A stretch of DNA of 64,000 nt from assembly GCA_963724295.1 (NCBI GenBank), contig CAVRUC010000004.1, positions 128,001 through 192,000 of the forward strand, written 5' to 3'. The translations under genes and the position numbers were made by a program. Position 1 is the first letter of the stretch. The number at the start of each line of letters is the position of its first letter. The notes beneath the pieces are model-generated. The model had not been told where the DNA came from and did not search any database. It was given only the letters and a program-made list of their open reading frames with translations. This document shows positions 37,286 through 47,727 of this stretch, one piece after another. Source of the DNA: an uncultured Chloroflexia bacterium. Lineage in GTDB: Bacteria; Chloroflexota; Chloroflexia; Thermomicrobiales; UBA6265.

Positions 37286-37400
37286 TCACCATGGCGCTTG
37301 GCAGCGACTGATCGAGCCAGTGGCGCAGCTGCAGGTGCGAAGGGGATGACCAAACTCCCCACAGGAACACGGGTTCATCATCGCGATCAACACAAAAGCC
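37286..37400 (-). pseudogene. comM: Fragment of comM/YifB (Mg-chelatase-like ATPase) zinc-finger region
   Basis: FVLIAMMNPCSCGEFGHPLRTCSCATGSISRCQ matches the ComM F.L.AAMNPCPCG..G.P...C.C....I.RY signature. Confidence 0.65.
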
Positions 37401-37537
37401 GCACAATCGACCCGAGGCAGCGTTCTCACTGGTAGTCCCACCGCACAAGGGGCCACACGCTCGCTCGTGGGTGCCTGATGCACCGCAAACGCGTCATGGG
37501 CTGGCGGTTCAAACGGTGGCCGGGAAACTCTTGGCCA

Positions 37538-38344
37538 CTAGCTCCAGCCGCACCTGCCACCGAGGCAGAGGAGGTTCCCGCAGCAGAGCGAGTGGTCGTC
37601 ACTAAGCGGTCCGCCGCACGATCCGCCCTCGTACCGGCAGCAATGCTGGGTCCCGCCATATGCCCCGTAGACAGCGCCAGTGTCGGCGCAGTAGGCGATG
37701 CCAAGCTCCGGATAGGAGTTATCGCATTGCGAATCGGAGATGCAGGCCTGGCCTGGAGGAAAGCCGTATCCAGTCTGGTTCAACCCGGAGTCGCGAGCAC
37801 CGGGATAGCCCGCACTCGCTCCAGGATCGCGGCAGACTCCAGCGATGCAGCTCAGCAAGCCGCAGCACTGCCCATCCCACCCGCAGCCTCCTCCGTCATA
37901 TGAGCAGCAACGAAAATCGTCGGTCTGCCCGATATAGTCGCAGACCAACCCGCCTGCGAAGCACTCGTCGGTGGTCTGGCAGAGGTCGCCGGCACTGGCA
38001 TTTGACGGTGGGCTGACGCAGCTGCCGGTGATGCATGAGGCGACTCCACAACATCCCTCGTCGCTATAGCAGTAGCCACCTTCGTAAGCGCAGCAGTTGA
38101 GCGCACCGTCGTAATTGAAGCCGTTGTCGGCGCAGAACATCGGCGAGTACCGCGTATTGCCGCACTGGCTATCGTCGTAGCACGCCTCGCCAGGACCCAG
38201 ATAACCGGACTGGGCTGCGACGCGCGAGAGGCGGCGGTCCAGAACCAGCAGCCCGACAGCCCCCGCCAGTCCGCGCAGCAGGCCGCGTCGCGAGCTATTT
38301 CTGGCGACAACGCGAACTAGTGAATCGAACCGCTCTCCATCCAT
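37538..38344 (-). CDS. Secreted Cys-rich repeat protein with MDxxRFD/twin-arginine leader
   Basis: MDGERFDSLVR..SRRGLL, hydrophobic core, three 10-Cys repeats. Confidence 0.85.
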   Translation of the reverse strand: MDGERFDSLVRVVARNSSRRGLLRGLAGAVGLLVLDRRLSRVAAQSGYLGPGEACYDDSQCGNTRYSPMFCADNGFNYDGALNCCAYEGGYCYSDEGCCGVASCITGSCVSPPSNASAGDLCQTTDECFAGGLVCDYIGQTDDFRCCSYDGGGCGWDGQCCGLLSCIAGVCRDPGASAGYPGARDSGLNQTGYGFPPGQACISDSQCDNSYPELGIAYCADTGAVYGAYGGTQHCCRYEGGSCGGPLSDDHSLCCGNLLCLGGRCGWS

Positions 38345-38388
38345 TTCCGCCGCTCCCCCACCCGATTTCCTGGCAGTTTCCTAGGACC

Positions 38389-39138
38389 TCACCACCAACC
38401 CACTTTGGCGGCAAACGTGTCGAGGTCGTCGCTGACGATCATCATGATGCGGGGGACGTAAAACGGGTCGACGGCAAGCAAGTAGCATCCCGTGCCATTC
38501 AGACCGAACGCGCCGATGATGCCGGATGCCGTCGCGGCTTCGATGGCGCTGGCGTTGTAATCGCCGAACGGCCAGGCCAGGAACTGCACCGGTTGTCCCG
38601 TGATCTGTTGGATGTACGTCACATTCTGGCTGATCTCGGCCAGCTGAGCTTCGTAGTCCAAATGCGAAAGGAACTGGTGATTAGCCGTGTGAGCCTGGAC
38701 CGGGCCGTATTGCGACAAGGTCAGGATCTGATCGGCTGACAACGGCGAGTAGTTGTTGATGAAATAGTTGCCGACCAGCCCGTACCGGCCGAGTATCTCG
38801 GCGAAGGTCATGACACTGGACCAGCCATCGTCGTTGGTGAGCAGGATCGGGTTTGCCGGGAGCGTCCCGGAGCCCATCGCCGCGTCCCAGAACTGCCAGA
38901 GCGTGATCGACGTGTAGCCGTTTTCGTAGAGCCATCGACACTGCTCGTCAAGCTGCTCGGGCGTGACCGATAATTCACTCCCCGAATAGTCGACGTTGTG
39001 GTAGACGAGGACCGGCACTCGGATATTGGCGGACTCTTCCGCAGCGCCTGCCGGTAGTGGGCGCCAAGCGAGAACGACGACCAGAACGAGCGCGCGTAAG
39101 ACGGCGCGCGCGCCGCGCCAATTGGCAACCCTTCCCAT
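38389..39138 (-). CDS. Secreted polysaccharide deacetylase (CE4, IcaB-like)
   Basis: VPVLVYH, LTNDDG, HTANH, AWPFG; signal peptide. Confidence 0.88.
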   Translation of the reverse strand: MGRVANWRGARAVLRALVLVVVLAWRPLPAGAAEESANIRVPVLVYHNVDYSGSELSVTPEQLDEQCRWLYENGYTSITLWQFWDAAMGSGTLPANPILLTNDDGWSSVMTFAEILGRYGLVGNYFINNYSPLSADQILTLSQYGPVQAHTANHQFLSHLDYEAQLAEISQNVTYIQQITGQPVQFLAWPFGDYNASAIEAATASGIIGAFGLNGTGCYLLAVDPFYVPRIMMIVSDDLDTFAAKVGWW

Positions 39139-39367
39139 GGGTGACCCCCGATTTTGCTCGGACAGCGTCGCTCCGGAAGCGCCTGCGCTCAAACGCCAAG
39201 TGCCCCAGGCAGACGCTGGCTCCCCAAAAGCCGTCGCCCGCCCCGGAAAGACGGTCCTGCTCGATTGTCGTCGGCAAGGGCCTCAGATTGCCCTTGACAC
39301 GCTGGAACAGCCCCATCGTATCGGTTTTTTTCCCGATGTCAAGACCTGAATGGGAAGATAGGGGGTT

Positions 39368-40870
39368 TTACACTCGAACAATTCGGAGTGTTTGCAGTGA
39401 GGGGTCGGCCGCGCCGCGTACATGCATGCCCGCCGCTATACCTTCGCGCAAGCAGTCGATCTTGATGGCGGTGATGATCTCCCCGGGAGTCAGGACCGGA
39501 ATCCCAGGTGGATAAGGGATTACCGCTTCAGCAGCTACTTCGCCGACGGTGTCCAACAAGGGCGCGGCGACGGAGGGAGCGAAGTACGCCTCGCGCGGAG
39601 TTAGCGCCTGCTCCCCCGTGGCGATGGCCTCGCCAGCAATGCGAGGGCAAGTGGCGGTACTTCGCGGCATTGCACGATGGGGCAGCGAGGCGACCGCACG
39701 CACCAGGCGTTGGATGGTCTCAGGCGTATCGCCTACAGTCACCAGGCAGACGATGCCAGCCCGATCGCTCATCTCCGGGGCGATTTGAAACCGCTCGCGA
39801 AGCAGCCGCTCCACCATGTAGCCAGTCAAGCCCAGGCTCTCGACATCGATCACCAAGCGAGTCGGGTCGTACTGTTCTGGAGGTAATCCAAGAGATGAGG
39901 CATCGAGGACATCAATGCCAGGCAGACGGCGCATCGCCCGCCGCGCTCCTTCCGCCAACTCGATCGTACGATCGAGCATGTCCCGTCCCGCCAGACCCAT
40001 CTGACGGCGACAGCCGTCGAGCGAGGCGAGCACCGGCATCAGCGGGCTGGTCGTCTGGGTCAGCTTGACCGCACCAGCCACCCGGGCAGCGTCCACTCGC
40101 GGACCGCGAATGTTGAGTAGTGCCGCCTGAGACAGTCCAGTCAGCAGTTTGTGAGGGCTGGTGACCGCCCCATCGGCGCCACAGCTCATCGCGGAGGGCG
40201 GGAGGCAGGGATGGAATCCCAAATGCGCTCCCCAGGCTTCGTCCACATAGACCGTGACGCCTCGGGCATGTGCCGCGGTCACGATCTCCCGCAAATTCGA
40301 GGCGACTCCCCAGTAGGTGGGACTGGTGACAGCCACGAGTTTGGCAGCTGGATGCGCGTCCAATGTCGAAACAACGTCCCGCGCGGTCACCCCTAGCCCG
40401 ACATGCAGCGACGAGTGCAACTGCGGCGCCACGTAGATTGGTCGGGCGCCTGTGAGGATGAGAGCGGCCAGCAATGACTGGTGCAGATCACGGCCGACCA
40501 CGACCTCGTCGCCGGGAGAGAGTCTCGCCAGCAGAAACGCTTGATTACCACTCGAGGAGCCGTTGACGAGGAAGAAACTCCGCTCGGCACCCCACGTCCT
40601 GGCGGCCAGGTCCTCTGCCAGTCGTACGCTCCGATCATGGTCCGCCGTGTTCAGCCAGACGTCAGCGGCGCCGAACCGACTCCCAAGGAGTTGACGCAGG
40701 TCACTATCGAGACCTGCTCCCCGCTTGTGGCCTGGCGTTGAGAACGGAACTGTGGCGGTCGCAGCGTAGGTCTTGAGCGCGTCGATAATCGGCGCCTGCT
40801 CGTCAAGAGCACTGCTGAATGCCGGCGGGCTCGTGGTCGGGGCCGAGGCGAGTGCGACGGGACTAAGCAT
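39368..40870 (-). CDS. Orn/Lys/Arg decarboxylase (fold type I PLP)
   Basis: TPGHKRG, LVNGSS, DEAWGAH, SPHK, TTSP, PYPPGIP; AAGGAG RBS. Confidence 0.93.
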   Translation of the reverse strand: MLSPVALASAPTTSPPAFSSALDEQAPIIDALKTYAATATVPFSTPGHKRGAGLDSDLRQLLGSRFGAADVWLNTADHDRSVRLAEDLAARTWGAERSFFLVNGSSSGNQAFLLARLSPGDEVVVGRDLHQSLLAALILTGARPIYVAPQLHSSLHVGLGVTARDVVSTLDAHPAAKLVAVTSPTYWGVASNLREIVTAAHARGVTVYVDEAWGAHLGFHPCLPPSAMSCGADGAVTSPHKLLTGLSQAALLNIRGPRVDAARVAGAVKLTQTTSPLMPVLASLDGCRRQMGLAGRDMLDRTIELAEGARRAMRRLPGIDVLDASSLGLPPEQYDPTRLVIDVESLGLTGYMVERLLRERFQIAPEMSDRAGIVCLVTVGDTPETIQRLVRAVASLPHRAMPRSTATCPRIAGEAIATGEQALTPREAYFAPSVAAPLLDTVGEVAAEAVIPYPPGIPVLTPGEIITAIKIDCLREGIAAGMHVRGAADPSLQTLRIVRV

Positions 40871-40959
40871 CGGGTGGCTCCTTGATGATTCTGAGCACAT
40901 TCCAGGCTTCATGTACTGAGTTGGGCAGCGCCGCACATGGCGGTTGACGCAGGCGCTGC

Positions 40960-41424
40960 TCAGGGCTGCACCTCAGACACGACGACCGCCTGGGTTTCCT
41001 CGCCGGCGGAGTCGAAGTCAACAGCGCTGGCGCCCGTTTCATTAGGTGTGAGGACCAGATAGGCCTGCAGGGCCAAGATGAGGACGATGGCGACCCATTT
41101 CAGTGGCGGCAGGTCTGCTCCGTAGCGAATGCGCTCGTAGAGCAGCAGTCCAACCTGCAAGAAAACGACCCAGCCGATCGTGACAATCGAGAGCTCGGCA
41201 GTCTTGAGACTTATCGCGTAGAAGACAAAGAGCCCCATGAAGGTCAGCAGTCCAGCCACAAACCACAACGGCTGGCGGGTGTCAGCCCACTCCTTGGCAA
41301 ACACCGCGCCGATGAAGTCGAGCAGGGCCAGAGCGATCATCGCTGAGATGCTCGTCAGGAAGAACTGCACGGCCGGAGAAAGCCCTTGTGGTCGGATCAA
41401 TCGAAGCACGGTATCGACGTCCAT
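40960..41424 (-). CDS. SMR/DMT-like four-helix membrane protein
   Basis: LALLDFIGAVFAK, SLKTAELSIVTIGW, YGADLPPLKW follow the SMR pattern. Confidence 0.7.
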   Translation of the reverse strand: MDVDTVLRLIRPQGLSPAVQFFLTSISAMIALALLDFIGAVFAKEWADTRQPLWFVAGLLTFMGLFVFYAISLKTAELSIVTIGWVVFLQVGLLLYERIRYGADLPPLKWVAIVLILALQAYLVLTPNETGASAVDFDSAGEETQAVVVSEVQP

Positions 41425-41758
41425 CAACTTCCCTCTTTCTCGATCTTCATTCGCTCGGCGCGCAGCTTTGTGGCCCAGGCAGGCACCTTCTCGGTCCGCT
41501 CGGTCGGAGGGCTCGTCGCCGCGGCATCGACCAGCAAGTCAACCGGATCCAAGCTGCCGCCCCGGGTGAAGAGGTTCCGCTGCAGCTGCAGCTGAATGTG
41601 AAGGAGGGATGGCCGAGCAATGCCTCTACTCCGAGCGTGGGCGACGAGCGGTTCGGATACCGTGTTGGGCGCCGGGACGTTGCCAGTGGTCCTGCTCGGT
41701 GAAGTAATCGAACATCCTGGTGACACGGCGTCGTCGCACAAGGGGCGGGCGGCTAAGG

Positions 41759-41905
41759 TCATAGGGCCTGGACCCGCACCGGCGTGACTGGGTCGCTAGC
41801 GCGAGCCAAGGGATTGGCATAACTTACGGCGAATCCCACGATGATCAGGGAGAGTGCGAGATACTTGAACGAGCGTGCGGTCGGGGCGACATCCATTGGT
41901 TCCAT
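41759..41905 (-). CDS. Candidate 48-aa single-helix small protein
   Basis: Manual translation MEPMDVAPTARSFKYLALSLIIVGFAVSYANPLARASDPVTPVRVQAL; below the ORF-track cutoff; follows a candidate promoter. Confidence 0.4.
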   Translation of the reverse strand: MEPMDVAPTARSFKYLALSLIIVGFAVSYANPLARASDPVTPVRVQAL

Positions 41906-41937
41906 GCTCCAGGGACTCACTTGCTGCCATGCCCTGG

Positions 41938-41982
41938 ATCATGGAGCCGGCGTCAGACGCCCGCATCAGTAGAATTACCGAT
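41938..41982 (-). promoter_or_regulatory. Imperfect palindrome ATCAGTA-N4-TACCGAT plus CATGAT -10-like box; candidate LuxR-activated promoter
   Basis: Palindrome 41965-41982 lies upstream of the divergent STAND gene and has the same layout as 3948-3992. Confidence 0.5.
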
Positions 41983-42154
41983 TTTTCCAACGTCGGGGCG
42001 CTTGGGCGATCTTTTCTTGTCATTGATTGATGCTCCGAGGAGCACGGAACGGCCGGGAGCATGAGCGGTTCCGGGCAGCCGCAGAACGCAACCGGGCTAC
42101 TGCGAGCTCAAGGACGTCATACAAGCTACGTGAGGCGCGAGCGACGCGGTCGCG

Positions 42155-44743
42155 ATGGAGAGAATGGACGCCATGAGCGACCCGCAACGGGTTCAAGTCG
42201 ACCTCGAGCCTGACCCATCCGAAACCGTCAACCCTGTTCCGGTCCCATTATTCGGCCCACCGGATCAAGTTGGCCGGATCGCGCTTCCCGCGCCCGTGAC
42301 CCTCTTCGTCGGCCGCACGCGTGAGATCCCAGCCCTCAGCGAGCTCATCCTCAACGACGAAGTGCGTCTGATTACGCTGACCGGACCGGGAGGCGTCGGC
42401 AAGACACGTCTCGCGCTTCAGGCGGCAAGAGGCGTCGCGACCGAATTCCTGGACGGCGCGGTGTTCGTGCCACTGGCCGCAGTGCGCGATCCGGAGCTAG
42501 TGCCATTGACCGTGGCGAGGGCACTTGACCTGCTCGAGGGGGAAGGGCGGTCACCGACGACGCGCCTGATCGAGGCCCTCCGTGACCGGCAGTTACTGCT
42601 CGTCCTGGACAACTTCGAGCAGCTTGTCCCCATGAGTACGAGCGCTACCGCTAGTACGCTCGTGACCGACCTGTTGACCTCATGTCCCGGCGTCAAGATT
42701 CTCGTCACGAGCCGCATGCTGCTCCGCATCTCCGGAGAGCACGCCTTCGTGGTTCCGCCTTTGACACTGGCACCGATTGCGCCGGTGGAGGCAAACGAGG
42801 CGCCTCTTCCTAAGGACGATTTGGCGCAGGTCGAATCGATCCAACTCTTTGCGGATCGGGCGCGGACGGCCTGGCCAGAATTCAGACTGACATCCGAGAA
42901 TCTCCCGACCGTGGCGGCGATCTGTGCACAAGTCGACGGCTTGCCGCTGGCAATCGAGTTGGCCGCGGCCCGTAGTGCGGTGCTCTCTCCCTCCGCGCTG
43001 TTGACTCGTCTCACCCGGCGCCTGCGGCTGCTGACCGGCGGTCCATACGACCAGCCCAATCGGCTCCGGACAATGCGAGATGCCATTGCCTGGAGCTTCG
43101 ACCTGCTCGATGCGGTGACCCAGGAGCGGTTTCGGCATCTCGCCGTGTTCGTCGGGGGTTTTACGCTGGCCGCGGCGGAGGCAGTTGCCGACCGCTCTGA
43201 TGCCGCGCAGGCCAACGTCAGCGGGTCGGTTCTCGATTCCCTGGCAATCCTGATCACCAGCAGCCTCATCGAGCGGCGTGATGATCCAGGCGGCGAACCG
43301 CGGTTTAGCTTGCTGGAGACAGTCCGCGAGTTCGCGCTCGAACAGCTCATCGCCGCCGGCGATGAGGATGCGACGCGCGCGGCCCACGCCGGCTTCTATC
43401 TCGCGATGATGGAGCAGACCGAATCTCAGCTCTGGGCCTCCGCGAACAAATCGGTGCTCGACGCAGTTGAAACCGAACACGACAACATGCGCGCGGCCTT
43501 GACCTGGAGTCTCGCCCACGAACCAGAGACGGCGCTACGCCTCGCCGGCGCGCTGGGTCAGTTCTGGGCGAAACGCTCGTATTGGGTCGAGGGCAGGTCC
43601 TGGCTGGAACGTATCCTCGATACCGGCATCATGCCCGGCACACGCGAGCGTGCCCTCGCACTGGGACGTGCCGCCGCGATCGCCGGCGACCAGGGGGACT
43701 ACGCGCAAGCCGCCCAGTATTTCGAAGACTGTCTGGCTATCGCCGAGCGACTTGGCGAGGTTGAACTCACGGCGCGCGCGCTGCGGGGGCTGGGGATTCT
43801 GGCCAGCAATCAAAGCCACTTTGAGCGGGCCGCTACGCTGTTCACCCAGGCGCTCGAGCGATTCCGGTCTCTGGGCGACCAGCCCGGGATCGCGCGCTGC
43901 CTGAATGATCTCGGGCTGGTCGCCGATCGCCAGGGCGACCACGACCGGGCGGTCGTCTATCAGGAGGAAGCGCTGCCGATTGCCCGTGCGGTTGGTGACG
44001 ACTGGCAAGTTGGCATCATCCTTGGCAATCTGGGAGGGGCGTACTACGAGCGGGGTGAGCTTGCGCGGGGCGAGGCGCTGTGTCAGGAAGCCCTCGACAT
44101 CTGCCGGCGCATCGGCGATACGTTCGGTATCGCGGTCAACCTCCATGATCTTGGCACCTTCGTGCTGGAGCGCGGCGATCCGATTGGTGCCATCGCGAAC
44201 TATCGGGAAAGCCTGGTCTTGACGCGAGAGCTCAGCGAGGGGCACCTCGGCTCGCGCACGCTCGACCGCATCTGCGTGGCGTTGCATCAGACCGGCGCCT
44301 CGCGGCAGGCTGCCCGCCTCTCCGGCGCAGCGGCTGCATTCCGCGAGGCCACCGGTGACACCCTCTTCCTGGAGGAGGATGGCAATCTCAGAATGCGCTT
44401 CCAGCAGATCCGCGACGTCCTCGGCGATGCCGACTTCACTGCGGCCTGGGAAGCGGGGCGGTCCGTACCATTCGACCTCGCCGTGGCCGAGGCGATCGCG
44501 CTTGCCGATGCAGCCCTGGCTTCTCACCGGTCGGCGCCAGCGCGGGCGATCGCGGGGCTCTCAGTGCGAGAAATCGATGTCCTTCGTCTGCTCGCCGACG
44601 GTCAGGCCGATAAGGCGATCGCCAGCGCACTCTTCATCAGCCCGCGCACAGCTTCGAGTCACGTCGCCGCGATCATTGCCAAGCTTGGAGTCGAGTCTCG
44701 CACTGCCGCCGTGGCACTTGCCCTCCGCAGCGGATTGGTCTAG
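42155..44743 (+). CDS. STAND-type regulator: NB-ARC + TPR + C-terminal LuxR HTH (no XRE)
   Basis: [29 protein letters not shown] repeats, LSVREIDVLRLLADG..TASSHV. Confidence 0.93.
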   Translation: MERMDAMSDPQRVQVDLEPDPSETVNPVPVPLFGPPDQVGRIALPAPVTLFVGRTREIPALSELILNDEVRLITLTGPGGVGKTRLALQAARGVATEFLDGAVFVPLAAVRDPELVPLTVARALDLLEGEGRSPTTRLIEALRDRQLLLVLDNFEQLVPMSTSATASTLVTDLLTSCPGVKILVTSRMLLRISGEHAFVVPPLTLAPIAPVEANEAPLPKDDLAQVESIQLFADRARTAWPEFRLTSENLPTVAAICAQVDGLPLAIELAAARSAVLSPSALLTRLTRRLRLLTGGPYDQPNRLRTMRDAIAWSFDLLDAVTQERFRHLAVFVGGFTLAAAEAVADRSDAAQANVSGSVLDSLAILITSSLIERRDDPGGEPRFSLLETVREFALEQLIAAGDEDATRAAHAGFYLAMMEQTESQLWASANKSVLDAVETEHDNMRAALTWSLAHEPETALRLAGALGQFWAKRSYWVEGRSWLERILDTGIMPGTRERALALGRAAAIAGDQGDYAQAAQYFEDCLAIAERLGEVELTARALRGLGILASNQSHFERAATLFTQALERFRSLGDQPGIARCLNDLGLVADRQGDHDRAVVYQEEALPIARAVGDDWQVGIILGNLGGAYYERGELARGEALCQEALDICRRIGDTFGIAVNLHDLGTFVLERGDPIGAIANYRESLVLTRELSEGHLGSRTLDRICVALHQTGASRQAARLSGAAAAFREATGDTLFLEEDGNLRMRFQQIRDVLGDADFTAAWEAGRSVPFDLAVAEAIALADAALASHRSAPARAIAGLSVREIDVLRLLADGQADKAIASALFISPRTASSHVAAIIAKLGVESRTAAVALALRSGLV

Positions 44744-44945
44744 CTGTCTGCATTCGAGCTCATATCCAGCTTTCGGTCTTTACTTTATGATCGAGCTCTC
44801 CCTGGACGCGCGGAGAGCGACTTCGTGCGGCCCACTTCGCGGGCCCTGAGATTAGCTCGCTTCCAGATAGGATCGCGGTGAAAGTCATCGGTGTTTCGGC
44901 GGTGTCGTAGCTCCGCACACCACCGGGCGGGGTTCCCGCGCGACC

Positions 44946-47042
44946 TTAGGCCGGAAGTGGGGAGGGGGCGACCGCCTTCGGCCGCAGGTCGAGACGGCGC
45001 AGTAGCTGGGCATTGAGCGCAACGACGATGGTCGAAACACTCATCAGGATGGCCCCCACCGCCGGGGGCAGGATGATCCCAAGCGGGGCGAGCACTCCGG
45101 CAGCCAGCGGAATTGCCAGCACGTTGTAGCCGGCGGCCCAGCCCAGGTTCTGGAGCATCTTGCGGTAACTCGCTTTTGACAGCTCGATCACCCCGACAAC
45201 CGCCCGGGGATCGCTGGTGGCCAGAATCACCCCGGCCGACTCGATGGCCACGTCCGTGCCAGCACCGATGGCGATACCGACGTCCGCTCGAGCCAGGGCA
45301 GGTGCGTCGTTGACGCCATCGCCGACCATTGCTACCCGCTCGCCGCGCGATTGCAGCGTCGCCACGATGCTGTCTTTGTCCTCGGGAAGCACCTCGGCGA
45401 AGACCTCGTCGATGTCCAAATCGGCGGCAACGGCTTCGGCCACCGGTCTTGCATCCCCGGTGATCATCACGACGCGCACCCCGCGCGCCTTGAGTGCCGC
45501 AACCGCCTCCGCCGCTTCCGGCCGGATCTGATCTTCGAGCGCCAATGCACCGATGATCTGGCCATCGCGCACGACGTGAAGCACCGCCGCTCCCCGGTCC
45601 GTCCAGGTGGCCGTCTGCTCGCAAAGTGCGGGCGGTACTGTCAGGTCACGCTCGCGGAGCATGGTCGGCCCACCGACGGCAACCGCACTGCCGTTGATGA
45701 TCGCTTCGACTCCGCGACCGGCAATCGCCCGAAACCGCGAGGCTTTCGGCAGCGCAAGATGCGACTCTTGCGCTCGCCGCACGATGGCGCGCGCCAGCGG
45801 GTGTTCACTGTCGATCTCCACCGCCGCGGCGAGGGTGAGCAAGCTGTCCGGGTTGTCATCGATCGCGGCGATTGCCGTCACGACGTGCTCGCCGCGGGTC
45901 AGCGTGCCGGTCTTGTCGAACAGCACGGTCGTTATCTCGCGCATCCTCTCCAGGGCCAGCCGATCCTTGACGAGGATCCCTTGCCGGGCCGCGATCGCGG
46001 TCGAGAGGGCGATGACCAGCGGGATCGCCAGCCCTAAAGCATGCGGACAGGAGATGACCAGCACCGTCACCGCGCGCGTCACCGCGTCATCGGGTCGACC
46101 GAGCAGGTTCCAGACGAGAAAGGTGAGCATTCCGGCGGCGACTGCCACATAGAAGAGCAGCCCGGCAAATCGATCCGCCAGAGCCTGCGCCCGGGAGCGG
46201 GAGGTCTGCGCTTCCTCGACAAGACGCTGAATGCCGGCCAACGCGGTTTCCTCGCCGACGGCCTCGACCCGCACCCGGATCGCGGATCCGGCGACGACGG
46301 TGCCGGCCACGACGCGGTCGCCCACCTCTTTTTCGACCGGCCGCGACTCGCCGGTGATCATTGACTCATCCAGCTCTGCCGAACCGTCGACGATCACGCC
46401 GTCGGCTGGCACGCGGGCACCGGGTCGGACCAGGACGATATCACCGCGGCGAAGCGCGGCAAGCGGAATCGTCTCCGTCCCGGCCGCGGTGACACGCTCA
46501 GCCTCATCAGGGAGAAGCGCGGCCAGGGCGCCCAGGGCTCCCCGCGCCTGCCCAATAGCGCGCATCTCCTGCCAATGGCCAAGGAGCATGATCGTCACCA
46601 GCAGCGCCAGCTCCCACCAGAACTCCAGATCAAAGAAGCCCAATGTGGTGGCGGCACTGGTGATGAAGGCAACCGTAATGGCCAGGGAGATCAAGAGCAT
46701 CATCCCCGGCGCGCGGGAACGCAGCTCATCCCAGCCTCCCTTCAGGAAGACCGAGCCGCCGTAGAAAAAGACGATCGTGCCCAGCACCGGGGAGACCAGG
46801 TTGCTGCCCGGGAAGGCCGGCATCGAGAAGCGCAGCCACTCCTGCACCATCGGGCTATAGAGGACAACCGGGATCGAGAGGAGCAGAGTGATCCAGAAGC
46901 GAGACCGGAACATCTCGACGCTGTGCCCGGCATGCTTGTCGTGCCCGCCGTGAGCGTCATGGCCCATCGCCTCGTGCTCGGCTTCGGTCATCGCCTGATG
47001 ATCGATGTCGTGCGGATCGGCCAGATCACCGCGATGAGTCAT
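44946..47042 (-). CDS. copB: P1B-3 copper-translocating ATPase
   Basis: His/Met-rich N-terminus, TGES, CPH, DKTGT, SEHP, GDGVND, MSVST. Confidence 0.93.
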   Translation of the reverse strand: MTHRGDLADPHDIDHQAMTEAEHEAMGHDAHGGHDKHAGHSVEMFRSRFWITLLLSIPVVLYSPMVQEWLRFSMPAFPGSNLVSPVLGTIVFFYGGSVFLKGGWDELRSRAPGMMLLISLAITVAFITSAATTLGFFDLEFWWELALLVTIMLLGHWQEMRAIGQARGALGALAALLPDEAERVTAAGTETIPLAALRRGDIVLVRPGARVPADGVIVDGSAELDESMITGESRPVEKEVGDRVVAGTVVAGSAIRVRVEAVGEETALAGIQRLVEEAQTSRSRAQALADRFAGLLFYVAVAAGMLTFLVWNLLGRPDDAVTRAVTVLVISCPHALGLAIPLVIALSTAIAARQGILVKDRLALERMREITTVLFDKTGTLTRGEHVVTAIAAIDDNPDSLLTLAAAVEIDSEHPLARAIVRRAQESHLALPKASRFRAIAGRGVEAIINGSAVAVGGPTMLRERDLTVPPALCEQTATWTDRGAAVLHVVRDGQIIGALALEDQIRPEAAEAVAALKARGVRVVMITGDARPVAEAVAADLDIDEVFAEVLPEDKDSIVATLQSRGERVAMVGDGVNDAPALARADVGIAIGAGTDVAIESAGVILATSDPRAVVGVIELSKASYRKMLQNLGWAAGYNVLAIPLAAGVLAPLGIILPPAVGAILMSVSTIVVALNAQLLRRLDLRPKAVAPSPLPA

Positions 47043-47141
47043 CTCACGGCCATCGTGCGCCGGGGTCGCAACGCTCGAGGTGCTTGGTGATGCCTGTGGT
47101 TAGCCATTCCCTCAGCATCTCGCCCGTGCCGCACGGGTGGG

Positions 47142-47528
47142 TTAGCCGACGCTGCGCCCGAACCGATCGATCGCGCCGATCAGCTCGGTGAGCAACTCCT
47201 CGCGGTCGATCTCATCGTGCGCATGCTCGGATCCGAGAACGCAGCCCCGCACGTGATCCTCGAGCACGAGCAGTCCCGTCTGGCGGGCGGCGGCGATGAT
47301 CGCCGAGAGCTGAGTCAGCACGTCGAGGCAGTACTGATCCTCTTCCACCATCCGCTGCACACCGCGCACCTGGCCCTCCATGCGGCGCAGGCGGGCCATG
47401 ATCTTGGCCTTGTCATGGGCGTATGATGTGGATGTCCGCGAGGCTACCTGACCGGCATCGTCGGGGTTCACCTCGCCGCTGGACGAGTCGAATGGATCCT
47501 GCATCATATCAGCATCAATAGCGTTCAT
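47142..47528 (-). CDS. csoR: CsoR-family copper-sensing repressor
   Basis: RLRRMEGQVRGV, YCLDVLTQ, DHVRGC (Cys-His-Cys ligands). Confidence 0.92.
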   Translation of the reverse strand: MNAIDADMMQDPFDSSSGEVNPDDAGQVASRTSTSYAHDKAKIMARLRRMEGQVRGVQRMVEEDQYCLDVLTQLSAIIAAARQTGLLVLEDHVRGCVLGSEHAHDEIDREELLTELIGAIDRFGRSVG

Positions 47529-47537
47529 GCCTCCATG

Positions 47538-47554
47538 ATACCCCTCACGGGTAT
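47538..47554. promoter_or_regulatory. CsoR operator (ATACCC-N5-GGGTAT)
   Basis: Palindrome just upstream of csoR. Confidence 0.8.
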
Positions 47555-47666
47555 ATCAGTCAATAGTGCCCCGGTGCCTCCGTTGCCTGATTATGAAACC
47601 TCGTCAGCATAACCTCGCGGACTTCCGGGTGGCTTGACAGGTCTGGTATGCTGGAAGTGTTGTGAA

Positions 47667-47685
47667 TATACCCCGGGCGGGTATA
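47667..47685. promoter_or_regulatory. CsoR operator (TATACCC-N5-GGGTATA)
   Basis: Second copy upstream of copA. Confidence 0.8.
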
Positions 47686-47727
47686 GAGTAACAAAGAGTG
47701 ATTTTTCAGCACAGGAGTACTGCGGAG

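Noticed and set aside
41600..41760. Guanidine-II riboswitch upstream of the SMR-like gene
   Set aside because: Only one weak GCG-ACGA-CGC hairpin; the motif needs two ACGR hairpins close to the RBS
47634..47652. TTGACA/TATGCT as the copA promoter
   Set aside because: Spacing is only 7 bp
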